Below are positions 13,290 to 28,180 of a stretch of DNA of 64,000 bases, in pieces; within the stretch, counting starts at the first letter, position 1; every line of letters starts with the position of its first letter. The translations under genes and the position numbers were made by a program. The notes beneath the pieces are model-generated. The model saw only the letters and a list, made by a program, of their open reading frames with translations, made no database searches and was not told where the DNA came from. Source of the stretch: Raillietiella orientalis (lineage: Eukaryota); assembly GCA_036172245.1 (NCBI GenBank), contig JAYWIR010000037.1, positions 1,426,001 to 1,490,000 of the forward strand, read 5' to 3'.

Positions 13290-13780
13290 GAGAAGCGCAT
13301 CTCCAAAATTATGTGTTGGAAATGGTGCTTTCATCCGAAAATATTCCAGGCCCGTGTATATCATAGACTGAATTGTAACTGAAGCATGCTGGGGATCGAA
13401 TGATTAGAAGAATTTGATTATTTCTTGTGAGAAACAGAAGCTGTTTTGAAGCTTAAGGGTGACAAATTGCTCATGCAAAAAAGGCATTTCTCAAAGTGGT
13501 TTAATTTCTCATTTTGTGAGAATATCCCAGTATCTCTTCGGACAACGGAAGCCGCCGGATTTATCGCTGTCCATGTTTTTCCACGGAAGGTCAACCAGAG
13601 CTGGCGAGCACTTTTTTCGCATTCCAACTTCACAGCATACCTAATGCTAAACCAGGGTACTTTCAAGAACCCCGATCTTAACAGCATCCTTCGGAATTGT
13701 ATCATTTTAAGAAGGGACCTTGGAATTATTATGGGGCATTGCTTCCATTTAAGAGAACAGCCTATCAAAAAACGCTGGGA
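13290..13780 (+). mobile_element. Degenerate Tc1/mariner-superfamily transposase C-terminal fragment
   Basis: Ordered motifs in shifting frames: PKLCVG../ENIPGPC..IVTE (cf. KV.VW.GI..IIGP.F..VT), SKWFNFSF (cf. R.WLN..F), RKPPDLSLSMFF (cf. RSPDLxPxDFF), and a terminal ..GIIMGHCFHL. Confidence 0.45.
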
Positions 13781-16700
13781 GAGAAAAACATTTGGCAGTT
13801 TCAAAGATTCGCTCCCCTTTCATTTGCAGTAACCCCCGAATGACGTGGATGTTTGTTCTAGTAAATGCATTTTACTATGATCAGAATAGGAAAAGGTGAA
13901 ACCCTGGAACGAAATTTTCCAATTAAAACGTCCCATCATGATAAAGTTTCCTGACAAAATGTAAGCAAGATTAAGCGGCCGATGCCTTGCAGTAAGTGAT
14001 GCGAGAATGAAGCAAAAACAGTTATCCCGTCAGCCATGGGTGAAAATTCAGAAGATAAGGTGAACGGCTATACCACGCTGCATGCCAACAAGGTGGCACA
14101 CGTTGGTTCGTAAGACTGAGCCAAGTGGTATGCCAAAAAAGGTCACTAAACAAACGTTTAGGATTTCGCCGTGAGGATGGACTGACAGGAATTTGTCCAC
14201 AATTTCAGGTGGATAATGTTGAAGGTTTTCCTGGATTTCGTTTTCGTAATGGCAACATTTATGGGATCATCGGTCACGTTTTCTCCTACTGACGCCGATT
14301 AATTTGCTAAAGACTAAGGAAATCCTTCTCCACGAGGATATCTTTTTTGTCAAAAGCGAACACGAATAAGAAAAAATCCACTCCACTTACCAATTCAGGT
14401 TGAAGAAGAGAACGAAAATGGATAATTCTCTCAAGTTTGTCTTGGATTGCGGCATAGAATACGGTTTACAAATATAGAAAATTGTCTTTTGAAATTAGAC
14501 AAGCAAAGTGTATATGAAATTACCATCTCCATGATGCACTCTGTGTATTTCAAGTTGCACAAAGAGAATTGGGAAGGTAATGCACCCTTTTCCTCACTGA
14601 GCAGACCCTGCATTATATTAGTCATGAGGAAATGTCTTTAAGGTACATTTTGACTAATCATTTGCCAGATTCCTACTCTGTTCTTTTCGCTCTCACTGCC
14701 AGTTTTCATTTGTCCACTCCACTAAATGAAACGTCACTTTGCATCCTTCCTTGACAATTATGCACCATGATCATATCATTCTAACTTTGAAACCCAGCGT
14801 TGAAATCCGCTAGTGGCTACATCTTTATTTTAGATGCTTCACCGAAAGGAGAAGTAGGAGAAGCACATCCCTATTTCCTCATCAATCAATAACCAAAACT
14901 ATTAATTTTTCAGCGCGTCGTCTCCAGCAAAGATTCAACCATCTTCAGATACACACACCATTATTCTCCTCAACGTTCGCGTCCTAAAGATTTGTTTTCG
15001 TTTAATTTTACTCTCATGTAAAAGATGTATTCTTCAGCCCTTTTTAGCGTCTCCTTCTTAATACTTTGCTCTATCTCCAACCAATGTATTCATCACCATT
15101 AATCTTACACATATTCCTATCTCACTGCTGTCAGCTGTCGTCCGGCATTAGGTGCGTGTGGAAGGATGGTTGGCGCGGAAGTTGCGAGGAGCGCTCGCTG
15201 GAAGATCATGTGCATCTTTGGGGGAAGCCGGTGCTCCTCTCATTCACGTTGGAACTCTGATCGGCTGAGGTGAAACAGCAGCGGGAACTCGGAATGAGCA
15301 AAAAACGAGTGAAGCGAATGTGAGGAGGGATCCCTGCACTTTTCGAAGGGAGGCGCATCGAAATGAAACACGGTTTCCCGGGCTAGGATTCCACGTCGTT
15401 CTATTTGCATCACTCTAACACTTGTCTTCACGTTTCCCTTGCAGAACGAGGAGACGAGCCTTTTCTGAGGACTGGCGACTAATCTGGAAGGTGTGTCCTT
15501 GCTTCAAGGAAGCAGTGATCGGGAATTAGAGAGGAAGATCAAACTTAACATCCGCGATAAGCAAAATCGAGGAAAATCCACTTGGGTCGCGTCTGACGTA
15601 TCAAAGAGGAAACCAAAGGAAACTGGATGAATCCGAACAGCTGAAATCTCCTCGAAGCTATCATGCATGATCCCGCCGTCCAAATTTGCTGCTTCCTTCC
15701 ACATTTTCGGCAATGAAACAACCGTCCAAGGATCTCTCACGAATTTTTCATACAATATCTGTTATCGAAATGATACTGAAATTTTGATGTGACCAGAATT
15801 AAATCCTCGGGCTAATGAAATTCACGAATGTCATCTTCAGCCTTTCATAACTGAATGCAGTGATAACGGATTAATTGCATGACAATAAGAGATTATGAAA
15901 TTATAGCTGCAGGATATGTACGTACATACTTTGATATCCTATCTCATGATTGTATAGAAAATCATTTTCATCGATTTCAAGTGAAAGCAAAAAGTCTGGA
16001 GAGCTAGCGGACCCAGTTTTGTGTTTCGAGTTTGTAGATTTAGAAAGTGCTTTCCTTCTTGCATGGCACTGGGATGAAATCGGCATGCATGAGTTGCGGT
16101 TCAGTGTGTGGAAGAGATTCCAAGGCGGGAGTGAAGCCTCCTCGTGATCGATAACCGTTTACACCCCGCCAGAAAAAAATCGCTTATACGACTGTTGACC
16201 TGCCTCAGATTGATACCATTTAGGCATCTGCACTGGGTTCTTCGATGCACTGGACGTCGGAAAACAGGTAGTGGACCTACCTTTCTCGCTTCACGAAAGC
16301 GGTAGCTGCTTTAAAAAAAAAAAAAAAAGGCAAAAAACGGAAGTTGCCCTCTCCTGCATATTTTGTTTTTTCGACTCAGCTTCATTTCATGTTGATCAAA
16401 CAAAAGCAGTGCTTCCGTAAAGATAAACAAAACATTGAAAACCTTAGAGATCATTGTAAAAGTGGCAGTCACACACGGAACCTTGGGAATCTGGATGATT
16501 TCTCGATGCAGCAACCGATCTATGCAGAGGATGGTTGTAATCTGAAAGTCGATCATATGCCAGTTACTCGCGGGCGAACACCTCCCTTGCTCACTTTAAC
16601 GGAATAATTTCCCAACCCATCACTTTCCTATGAAATTTGTCCTGCTATCTCTTATCTACAATTTCTAGTTCGATTTTAATCGTTGCAGGTTTATTGGTAT

Positions 16701-19700
16701 TGCATTATAATGCCATTATTTGCTACTGGATTCTTGATATGAGGAAAATCACTCGTTCTTTAGTAACTACCGACAAAGAAAAACAAAAACAAATGCAGAG
16801 CTGAAAGCCTGTGATGCTCATGGACGCTGGAAATCTTTGAGAATCTTCAGAGATTCTTGAGTGTTGTCAGCACAGTTTTCTTTTTCTCTTGAGCAGCACT
16901 GCTTTCATGAGTGAGTCGCCGATGTAAAGGCGGTGAGCTTGGGTTCTGAGGCCTTTGAAAGATTAAATATTCTTCAAAGTAGTTTTGTCCTACGTATATT
17001 GGATTGCCAATGTCAGTTCCCTCTGTTTACCATTACTGATTCCATCTGTGAACTCCCACCTTAGTATAAGGTACTTCTCAATAGAGAACTGAATTTCATG
17101 ATTCAAATACGATCTGAAAGAAGTTGTCTTCATCTTTAAGCACGATGTCTCTAAATAATTGAATCTTGTTTCAGTTACCTTTGACTGATTCTTGCCCAAC
17201 ACATTGGATTTCAATTAAGGAATTGAATTACACATCCTGTTGCTTTTTAGGTAGCAGTCAAGATCTTCTATAAGTTTCAACGAGTTTCCCAGTGGAAACG
17301 GATAAAAGTATGGCCAGTTGCAGTTCCATCCGATAGCGCCACATCATCTTGCATCCTTAAGAAACATCGTCAGAATGCTCCCCATGAATCAGTAAATCAA
17401 GTATTTGTGACAAGTGGAGTACGAGGACACGACCAATTATCAATGAGCACCATACACCTGAAATCGGGAGATTTCTTTGATTTTTGAATTGCATTAGATG
17501 ATCAGTGAGAACGCGTACAGAATACGAAATCAGCTGTGTGGTCCGTACTGAGAATCGCAAAAATAAAATTCGGTACATTCCCGCATTTGTTAATGCTCCC
17601 GTCGAATTTTGCTACAGTCACTAACCATCATTTCAGCAAAACCATCCACGAAATATCAAAATAAAATTGTTAGTGAGTAGCAAGGACATTGCATTTCCCT
17701 ATGCCAGTGCAGATTTGCATGCTGCACATTCCTATGCTTCTCACATCTGCAGAAGGAAAAACACTTGCTTACGATATTGATCATTGCATTGACTGTTTTT
17801 GAGTAGGACAATTCATTACCGAGTGCTTATCTGAAGATTCACAGATATGGCGGTCTTCTAGTGGGAGCACGGAAATCCACATCCACATACAACTGCCTGA
17901 GCCAAAAATCATAAAATGCCACCACGATGTCAGCATTGCCGAACCGGCAGTGACTTGATCGAAAGACGAGACTTTTCTCAAGAGTGGTGTGAGATTCTGT
18001 TCTTGAAATGCAATGCTGACCAACTGCCTCCATTCGATTCATCCACATTCCTCGAAGAGAGATATTACTACGCGTATCACTTTGCCATTCCATGTAATTA
18101 ATCGCTTGGACATTATAGAGAGCACTGTCTGATATGTAATGTTCAGTATGTCATGGTAAGTTCCCTTTTTTCCTGTGGTATGAAGTTTATCAACTGAGTG
18201 AGAATTCTGAAATTCAATTTGCAATTCATATCACAATATGCTTTTGTTACTGAAATGCACTTGATATGATGAGAAATGAAGGAAACACAGCATCAATTCC
18301 ATGTATGTGGCTCTCCACATGCTCTTGCGACTTTCCACGTGTACCACACCATATACCTCAGGAAGCAGAGAAAGCACATAGATTAAGGTCATGTTCCGTT
18401 CGTCCTTGAAGGGTTTATGCAAACATTAATGAAAACCTATGCGTTTATCGCTTCGATTTGATTTCTCTGATTTTCTGTATAGGCAGGCGAAAAACTCATG
18501 TCTAATTTTTTCCTCTTGACATAGATATCAGGTCGCAGATACGGGCGTCCATTTCATCTTTTGTGTGACTTCAAAGCGTAGAATGCGTGCACCAAAGTGT
18601 GAAGCTTGGCTTGTTTCCAGGAGAGTGCCGTGTACTCTAGGAATCTGCGGTGTACTTTGAATTTTATAGGATCAGCAGTAACAAGAACATGTAATCTACC
18701 AGATGGCCTGCCGGGTAACTGGACAGGGCATGCAGAATACAAATGGGATTGGTCTTTGAGTTGCAAAAATTGCGGAAATTGATGGGAAAAAAATGGCACA
18801 TAACAGATGTGCGGCTGTTTGTGAAACTTGCGACGGAAGAAAACTACACGGAGGATGGCCATTCGGAAACACAATCACATCAAATCCCCAACACAATGAT
18901 TTTGGAGCAGGCGAAAATGTTGTAATATATAGTCACAACCGCACGTAATGGAAGAAAAACCTTCGTTCCCAAGAAACAGAACCTTCTCTTTGATTTCTTC
19001 TTTTCCTTGAGTTTTCAGACGTGTGAATCCGAGACAGTCCAGGCTGCGTGTGCTTTTTCTTGCAGTATGTGTACATTGATCGACGAGTCATTGGTGATGC
19101 TTATGAGAATGCTACCTTCGCATATGGACTTTGCATCTCGAATTTCACAACTGCGAAAAGAGGATTCTTTGCATCCTGGATGAAAAAATAGTTTTCGCTT
19201 CATTATTTATCAAGTCAGACCTTTCCGAACGCATTCCCGCTTTCGTTTCTATGGTTGCTTTGAATCCCCGTTTCATCCTGCAGGAGTTGGTCCCTTTCGT
19301 TCTGCGGTGGTGGCGTCTCCAGAATGAGAATGTCGATGAGCTGGAAAATTCGAAATCAATCAAGAGATTTTGTCACACGGAAATCTTGCGGGGGGGGGGG
19401 ATGAAAAAATGGTGAAATTCTCGAAAAGGGAAGAAGAGTCACTATTGAATCTACTGAGGTCACCGCAAACCGAGTTCCTGAGTTACTCCCCGATAATGCA
19501 GGTTTCCCGGTATGAAAACAGCTAAGTTCGTACTGCTTAGAATAAAGCTTCATTTGCATTACAGCTGGAGATGAGAAGATCAGCTGAGAGTTAACGGGCA
19601 TAGCACAAAGAGAACTGCCAATGGTCTGGAATGCTCTCTAGAAAGTTTAGAGAAAAGTCGCAGTATAGTGCAACGAATGTGTCCACAGAAGAGCGAGTTT

Positions 19701-21794
19701 GTGGTTTTGCACCATGAGGAGAGTGAGAGAACCTGATGAATGTTTTCATCGAAATTTTATCTAAGCTTTGCAGACGCATCCGCTTGCACAATTTGGGGGA
19801 ATGAGGCGACGGAGTGGAAAATTCACTTTCCATTCGTATCACCACCGTTAAGGTTATTGGGAAATCGCAGCCTCCATATCTTTCGAAAGACAGATAACAG
19901 AAAACGCTCCTGCTGCCGTACTTGCTAATCCGATGGGTAAGGAAGGTGTAATCAAGAGTTGCATATGTTATTCATTCAGGGGGCAATACAGAATGCTGTT
20001 TTCGGTGAAGTGCGTTTCTGGGATCACTTTTGACAGGCTGCAATGAGAGATACACCAATGACGCCCAATAATAATGAATAACTAGTAAGAATGCCAATAA
20101 TTACCATCACAGAGGTGGATGACCATTTCTCCATTCATATGGAGAAGCGTGATTAATTATTAAATTGATTTTCGATCCCGTTTCGATTTATTAAGCTCTT
20201 CTATGCCTGAAACCGGATTTCTGCATTTGGAACGTTTTATCTCCTGAGCAGAAACGTCTCGAAAACGAAGCTGCGGATCTGTTTCAAAAATGCAGTGCTT
20301 TCATTGGCAACAACCAACCACAGTTCGGCATGAATTGGAGGCAGAAAGTTGCAAACCACATGGAGGTTTGATTCAAAGTTTATGGGAGCAGATCATAATT
20401 TTTAGGAGATGAACCTCACTCAGGATTCACAAGATGGTGGCATCGGAGTAGAAGTTGCCTCGCTATTTTAGTGCAGCATAAGTATTTTTTCTTGGATCAG
20501 TCTTGAAGATGATCAGCTGGTTTTGCTTTTATCCTGACATTTCAGTTTCTTGTGCTTTTTTTCTTTTTTTTTTTTTTTACACTCCAAAACCTTCCAAGAA
20601 AAAAGGCTGCCCTGACGTTTGGAAACTGCAAGCTCCAAAGCTCTCCAGAATTTTCGTCGTGCTGACGGGCACATCAAAAGTAGCTGCTGCTCCTCCTTCT
20701 AAGTTCCACCGATAGTGTATTTGATGCTTCGAACCGTGAAAAACATGGGATGGTTGTTCCAGAAGCTTATCAGATAGAAGAAACGAATGTTTTCTTATTC
20801 TTCCATAAGTAGCAAGCAGCGGCCTTATGCGGATGTGTGCCTAATGGGCTATTTTAGAAATTTTCCAAGTTCCCAATGCCATTTGGTGAATCTTCCCTTT
20901 TTGAACAAATCGCGTGTTTTTTTTTTTTCTTCCCTTGACATGGAACATTTTTTATTCAACAGCTACCTATTTTTGTGAAGAGTGGAAAGATGTCATACGT
21001 TTTCGCCATTGGTGGTTTGGTTCATCTTCATCGAAATGCATTAAAAACAAACTGAACTGCTAAAACTGCTTCAGTGAATTAGGTTACTGAATTTTTCCTG
21101 ATAATCCTTCTTGAATTTCTAGTGGAAACATCCCAGACAACAAATACAAAGTATAAGGATAAAAAAGCTGGATTACCAGCTTGGAACTTGAATAATGGAG
21201 AAATGAATGAAAAGAGATTTCCAATCAGGAAATGTTCCACAATTCCTGCCTCTGTTTAATACAAAAGGGATTACAACGGATTGGTAAGTTTACCTGTAAT
21301 GAAATACGAGATGGATGAACAGCCTAAGATGATAATGGAGGATCACTGGCTTCGAAAGCATCTATTTGGCAGTAGATCGTAAATTCCGTTAGCTATCAGT
21401 ATGATCGTCAGTATGAGTCTTGTCCGGTTCTTTCGATGCATTTTGATCTAGTGCAAAACCCTCTCGATTGCGTTCCGGGAAGAAGCTCCTCTGGGTGGAT
21501 GCTCAAATTCCTAAATCGAATAGCAACAGATTAGCGGAATGAAAATAATGCTGGCGAGGAAAGAGTATCATTTCATGGATTAATTTCATGGTAAATAGCT
21601 TCAAATTAAAATGTCAATGGAAGAGATTCTATATGGAATCCTGGCGTGCGGAAAACTAATTCGAAAACGTTTTCAACACCTCTTAGAGGATTCTCAGAAA
21701 CACCTTTATCTATTAGCAAAGTCGAGATGAAAGTTCTGAAACAGTGGATTCCACGAAAGGCCGGAATCTTGGTCGTAAACATCATAAATAAGAA

Positions 21795-22000
21795 CTTTTG
21801 TGTGCCTGGATGCTGTACTGGACGGAATAGTGCTTTTCGCATGCCTTTTCTTTTCCAAAATGAAGTTGAATCCCTGTTTGAATATGCCTGATTTAGATGA
21901 GGGCAGTGAAGAAAGAGGAGAGTTCGTGGAGCAAACCCCAAGTGTAAAACAACCGAGATGGAAGTTGCATCGTGGAAAGTGAGCATCTTTTCAAATATCC
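21795..22000 (+). mobile_element. Possible THAP zinc-finger relic (P-element-like transposase N-terminus)
   Basis: FCVPGCCTGRNSAFRMPFLF resembles the THAP start C.VPGC. Downstream PRWKLHRGK*ASF sits where the AVPxIF box is expected. Badly decayed. Confidence 0.3.
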
Positions 22001-25000
22001 ACCCGACTTGCAAAAGGGAGCCGAGCTTTGTTCGTGAGTCGTGACGTTGAGGTATCCGGAATTCTCCATGGTTGCTTATAACAGATGCTGGAAGAGTGCG
22101 AAAGTTTCAATACACAGATTTGTGGTACCCTACAGAACGCATTTCTGATGTTTTCCCAACTTGAAAGCACATTATGAAGGAGCTGCTTTCAGAACGGAAA
22201 AGGAGGATTGCAATGAGGATTATACAACAGCTTTCATCCCGGTTAAGACCGTCTGAAACTGTTCCAACTGAGTTTGCTGGTTCCAGAAATTTCGGAATGT
22301 TTGGTACCTATAAAACTGATCCTCCATTTTTTTTAACTTTTTCTCTGATATCCCATCATCCGACCTTAGCTTTTCTCCATAATGATCGCTCTCGATAAAC
22401 TTTCAGGAAAAGGAGAGCATTTCTTGTAGCACTATCTGGGAGGAAAGTTGAATGCCTGGATTCCTATCACGAAGGAAAGGACATACAGTGGTTATCGCGC
22501 ATTCTTCTTGAGTTACCAAGGAAGAACTTGGACAGTAGTTCAGTTATTTCTACTTAAAACTCTCGAATGTTTCGGTTTTGAAGCTTTCTTTCACTGTGGA
22601 AATCGAAAAACGAAAGCGAAAATCGCGAAATTGGAGGATTTAAGTGCATTCCATCATTTCGTGGTTTCAGGTTTGCCCCAGGTAGAAGAAATGTTGCGAG
22701 TTTATGTGAGAAAGGAAAAACAAAACGAACAGATTGTTTTGATCAAACCCAAAAAGATTTCCATGTTCACTTCAGACTGAATCAAAATTTACAACCAGTG
22801 GATGGTTTTTCCCTTCAGATTCTCGTCTGAAAATTGCGAAACCAAACTGATACTGTTTACATTACAGAGTTTTTATTTGCATCCTATTCCTCTGCTGGAA
22901 CGAAGAGCAGGAGCGACCGGCATCAGAAGATTTTCAAGGCACACGATTTATCCGATACTTTTCGTTCGTATTATATCACTGATATTTCCGATCCTATTTT
23001 GCGTCTTCCGCATAATGATGTTCTCGGCTTGGTGAAGTTCGATCTTATCAGATCTTGAGCCACATACCTCTTGTGCCTGTGTGTCATGAACGGCTTTTTT
23101 CCCCTTTAGCTCCATGGGAACAGTCAAGGATCATTGAGAATGACCCTTTGAAATGACATCAAAACTTTGTGGACAACTGTTGACAGGTGCTCGTTCAACC
23201 CCTTTTTCCCTCATTGAGCACGCTTTGAAGGCCTGTCCCTGGTTAAAACTAGTGCTCAGTTGCTATGAGCCGATATTGAATTTTTGTTGCAGATTTCAGG
23301 CTTTGGTCAAATCTGCAGCATAAATTCCAGAGGCCACATCTGATTAACAGGGATCTCCATCTAAATGCTGCCTGCAATGCTGCCTGCCATTTACTCATGA
23401 TGCTAAATCGAGTCACACCATCTAATAGAATGGAATACAGATGTTATGAGCTTGGGAAATCGAATTAACTCTGGTGCGGAAAGCAATAAATTTGAGACGC
23501 CATTTTCCGACTATGTGATCATGACCTTCTCAGGTTTGAGGTTGCTATACGCAACCCTAATACGTGAGAAGGTTTTCAGAGAGATTCCATAGACTGTGGG
23601 ACCATAGATTTGACTTTGCTAAATAATGACAGTAGAGAAAAGATAGTAGCTGAAGAAAATCCGAGTATTTGAGAGATTGTTATTTATTACTTGTGAGAAT
23701 TGACGTTTACGTGGACGTGTTCTTCAGATTAACAATAAGGAAAACATTCAGTATTTGGGAAGTGATCTTTTAGTACATCTTCATGCAGAGTTTCACTCCT
23801 CAATCAAGGGAACTCAAATTTCTGCAGCATTCGTACCTATGGATCCTGCTATCTCACAAAATAATGAAAATTGCTTTCATATTCGCAAAACATCCAGGTA
23901 GACACTTGGTTGCAGAGCTTTCCCTCTGCCTTTTTTCACTGAATCTTCCCGAGTGTTTCACTGCCATCTTCGCCCATTTCGAACGGAATACTGTTCCACG
24001 GAAAAAGTTTCAGAGGCCGAAAGATCTTTCTGCAAGACCTTATGTCGGCGACAGGGCGTTTTCCCATGATATTCCAAAGTTGCAGCAGCTAGTTAAGCCA
24101 ACTACAAGAAACATGCCGTGAGTTCCCCGGATTTAAACTGAGATCCAAAATGGAATTAAAGTTTAAATGCCAATGATACCATGAAGAAGAAAAGGAATAA
24201 AACCAAATATTGAGTGCATCTTTGAACATACGAAGGCGGCTCTTCATTTTGACTCTCTAACTACACTTTTCCGTCTCTATTTGAGATACCTTCTATCATT
24301 CTGCACTATAATTTCTCATTTTGCACCAATGCTTCTAGGGTATTTTTCTTTGAAAGGTCAGATCACCCTCATAAAAGAAATTGTCAAAATCATTTTTTTG
24401 GCTAGAAATTCGGAAACCTTAAAAAATAAAAGACATTGCCTTATGGTATTGATCGCTGAGCATGACTGGGTTTCGTGTTCGGTAGCATGTGGCTGCCGTT
24501 GACGACCTTGCACTCTGTGCAGGGTTCCAACGGGAACGCGACTGATGATCTGCCTTCTGGCTTCGGTTCCTCGCAAGGCTTCTCATGGAACAGAATGCAT
24601 GCATCCTGAGAAAACTCAGCATGCACCTGGGCACATGACTTTAAGATCTAATGACGCCAAATGGAGTAGATTTGTAGTTTAGAACCAGAGTCGAGCCTCA
24701 CATCCGATAAAGGACGGTGTCCTTAGAGCATTCAGGCTCACTGGTAAACCTTTCGTCCTTCTTCTACCCCTCGTTTTTTCTTTACCAGCTCCTGTAATCG
24801 GCAAAGCTGCAAGTTCAACACCTGTTGCGGATAGCCCACTGGGGTCCAGCATCTTCTTCAAAGACTTGGCGCTGTTGCGTCAGGATGTTAGCTTTGGCAT
24901 TCTGACTCTGGCAAAGATCGGGCTGCTGGTCCACTTCAGCACATCTGACTCCCAGTGTCAAATTGTGGACTTCCCCGTGGTGTGCTCAGAAACTCCTCAT

Positions 25001-27299
25001 CCTTCGTTGCTCCGCCAGCAGTGAAGGATCATCACAGTTGCTGCCACTCTACCAATACAAGATTGGTGGAGTTGGCTTTCTGCTGACCAGTGAACTTGAA
25101 TGCCTGCAGGCAGGAGACGGCTGTAATCTAGTCCACTTTAGGACGTATCCAGAGGAGTTTTCTTCCCTGCAACGTCTCCTTGAGCATCCATTAAAAAATG
25201 TACTTTAGGACAGGACGCAACGTTCCCACCTGGGCTCCGCAGCGTTGTCGCACCGCTGTCTGCCTCAAGGATCAGAGACGGCAGTTGCCAACCAGCGGTG
25301 TGGGAGTTCCCCTGCGTGGAGTCACGAGAATCCTGGACCGTCGGACTACGAGCGAATGGGTGCAAGCCGCCTCTCCTCTTTCCCGAAGAGAAAAGAATTC
25401 TTCAATGCAAAGAGCTTCTGAGTGCGGTCCTTGCTTCGTAGGAACGCACTTCAGTGTTCCCGTTGCGGTGGCAACGACAGAGGTGCTGTCGTTTTGGCAA
25501 TGGGGTTTTCGGCGCAATCAGCGCTGTCACCTCGTTTCCGGAAGAGTTGCTGGTGCGGGACGATCGGATCCTTGCTGAACTTGTTGTTGGGCTGCGGCGC
25601 TTCACAGGAACTACAGAGGAGACTGTCTTCGGCGCCACCTGGACAGGCGCAGTGATTCGGGATGGTTTGTTGCGTCCACGCCACCGTCTCAGTTCTTCCC
25701 AAGTACTGGAGGCGCAAGAACAGCGAAGGGAGGTCACCCGCATGGCAGCCGTCTACATGAGGACTGCTGCGAAGCGGCTTAGCCCGCTGGAGGAAGTCAA
25801 GAAGGAGATCGGTGACATCTAGCGCCGGTTTCAGGGAAAAGGAACGATGAAAACCGGTGGTCCCTGTCCCCAAATTCTCCCTTCATTCATTCGTCCTGTG
25901 CCACCCGTTACGGATTTTTGGCGTGACCGAGATGTGCGTCGGTGCACCCTCCCCGTGAACTTGTCGTTTTCCTTTCGGAACCGCGTCTCCAACTTGGTTT
26001 GTTCACTTTTCTTCCTAAATAAACTCTTCGGAGTGAGCGGAGGAAAAGAACTTTATGGTACGCTGGGGGAGATGAAAAGGATGACGGTATGCGCCGACAT
26101 GGCATCCAGCTGAGACATGCATTGAGCTCCTCGACTACTCGCTACAATCAGCAGTACTCACCGTAAGGTACGAACCCGGCATCTGCCCTGTCCGGCCGGA
26201 AAACCTGATGGCAGGAATTGTATGGAGTTCTGAGTTCGATGCATCAAAAGCTTTGAACGAATCAGGTGCACACTTTGCATCTTGCTCACCCTCCACTGTC
26301 AGATGAGTTGCATCTCAGGGTTGATTTGTGCCTCCCTTTTGAATCATCTGGAAAACGCAAGCGCCCCTTGATTGCGCTTGGAGCATAGCATTTTATGCTA
26401 AAAGTACGGCCTGCTCGAATGAGTGTTTTTTACCCCTCTTCAAGAGCCTCAAATTCGAAAGATTTTGGGAACTATTGTTCTGCTGCTGTCTTCAGATATT
26501 TCGATTGCTGGTTGGTTATGCTAGAAGAATCCTCCGTGTTGAGATCACAAAATGGACTAAGGAGCTTCAGTTTTGAGGAGAATGAATGAAAGAGTCCAAA
26601 ATTATCATCCGCATTTGGTGCATCTTCCACTTGGTTTCGTTAGTTTGCCATTGGCTGGTTTTCGGATCCATCTGACTTTGCTCTGTGAGGTCGTATCCGT
26701 GATTTTGAAAGGCAGTTCCTCACTCACCTGGCTTGAAAGCAGCGTGTAGGCTCCAGGGACGAACAGGGCAATCATGGACAATATGCAGGTAAGGGAACAA
26801 CTGAAAGACGAGGAAAAAAAACAGCAAAAAAGAATGGAAAAGTAGAATTCCAAGAAATCAAGGCAACCGGTAGCGTATTTTGCTTTCCCATGTCTGTGTC
26901 AGGCAGAGCAGCTGTTATCAACGTCGTGTTTAAGAATTCCCTGCACACGAGTGTGCCGGGAATGTGCGCTCCTTGCTTGCGAGCCAGGATCGTTCCTTCG
27001 ATCAACCACCCAGTCTTGTCACACCAATCCTTTGTTTTGCTTATTGATTTTTTATAAAAATTCTCTTAAGGGCCTATTAGCCAGTTTCATACCTGCGTGG
27101 ATCAATGGAAATATCTGCCTGAGTTCGAAGAAAGAGTGTGGGAAAATTCGCAAAACAAACAGCAGCATCGTAAAATGATCAGTTGATTGGAAAGGCACAG
27201 GGGATTCTGCAAGGAGAACATGGTTCGATGGGAGGAAGGGACCAGGGAATGAGATCACGCAAAAATGAATTGGCAGTCTTTTCTCACTTCCATTGCATC

Positions 27300-28180
27300 A
27301 GTGAAAATAAAGCAAAATGAGTAATAAGTAGAAGGGCAAGAACTCCCTCAGAATTACCGTCCAGAGATACTTAGCTATTTGGGAAGCCGCTAGCTCCATC
27401 CTGAAGAGCTCCTTATCTGTTGAAAAACGCTCTTCCATTATGATAACGCAAGTGATACAGGTATAATTGTTCCATAGTTTCCTCTTGTTTTTCAGCTCGA
27501 CTGCTTTGTTTTCCAGCAAAGTGGCCCATTCTCTAATTCCGGTTTTAGTCCGTCCTAAATTCTACTGTTATCGCTATACAGACTTCCCAATTAATTAGGA
27601 TTCTCCTTGATTACCTAGTAACACGGTTCTCGAGATAGGTGTTTTGATGATCCGCTGCTATCAAGGCATCTATCTTGGTTTGTAGATCTGCTTAGTTATT
27701 GCTGATTTCTGGAGAATTAGAGTGCGTTCAGATGAAGTTTTCGGGTCCTAGAATGTTGATCAAGTTTGTAGAAGAAACAAGTCATAGTTCGTCTCAAATC
27801 TGAGCATTTATTCCAAGAAAACCAGTGGTCTCAAGGAACTTAATAATTTCATCACTTTGTGAGACTCACAAGTAATCATTCTTATACACAAATATTTTTT
27901 TATAAGTTCTTAATGGAGCCATTTCACGAGAAATTTTGACCCTGAGTATTGCTGGTGGATTCTAAATGGGAAGTCACCAAAGCCGAGGTCCATTTTTGTG
28001 ATCTCAGTGGGATAATTGTATGCATTTTGTGATGCGCTATTAGAAATTGTGAGGAATCATTATTGGAGTGGAATTATTTCTAATTTCAGGGTTTCCTTCA
28101 ATCTGATAAATGAAGAGAGCGATGGTAAAAGCAATTCATGGGGGTATATGTACTGCTGGTTGGGCATTCCTGAAAGTGGA
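27300..28180 (-). mobile_element. Decayed non-LTR (LINE) ORF2 endonuclease/tether fragment
   Basis: Minus-strand fragments HIPP/YIP-like, ...IMI..NF, and EWATLLENKAVELKNKRKLWN (ORF 27298..27519) resemble the LINE W..F.....LW linker. Many stops. Confidence 0.3.
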
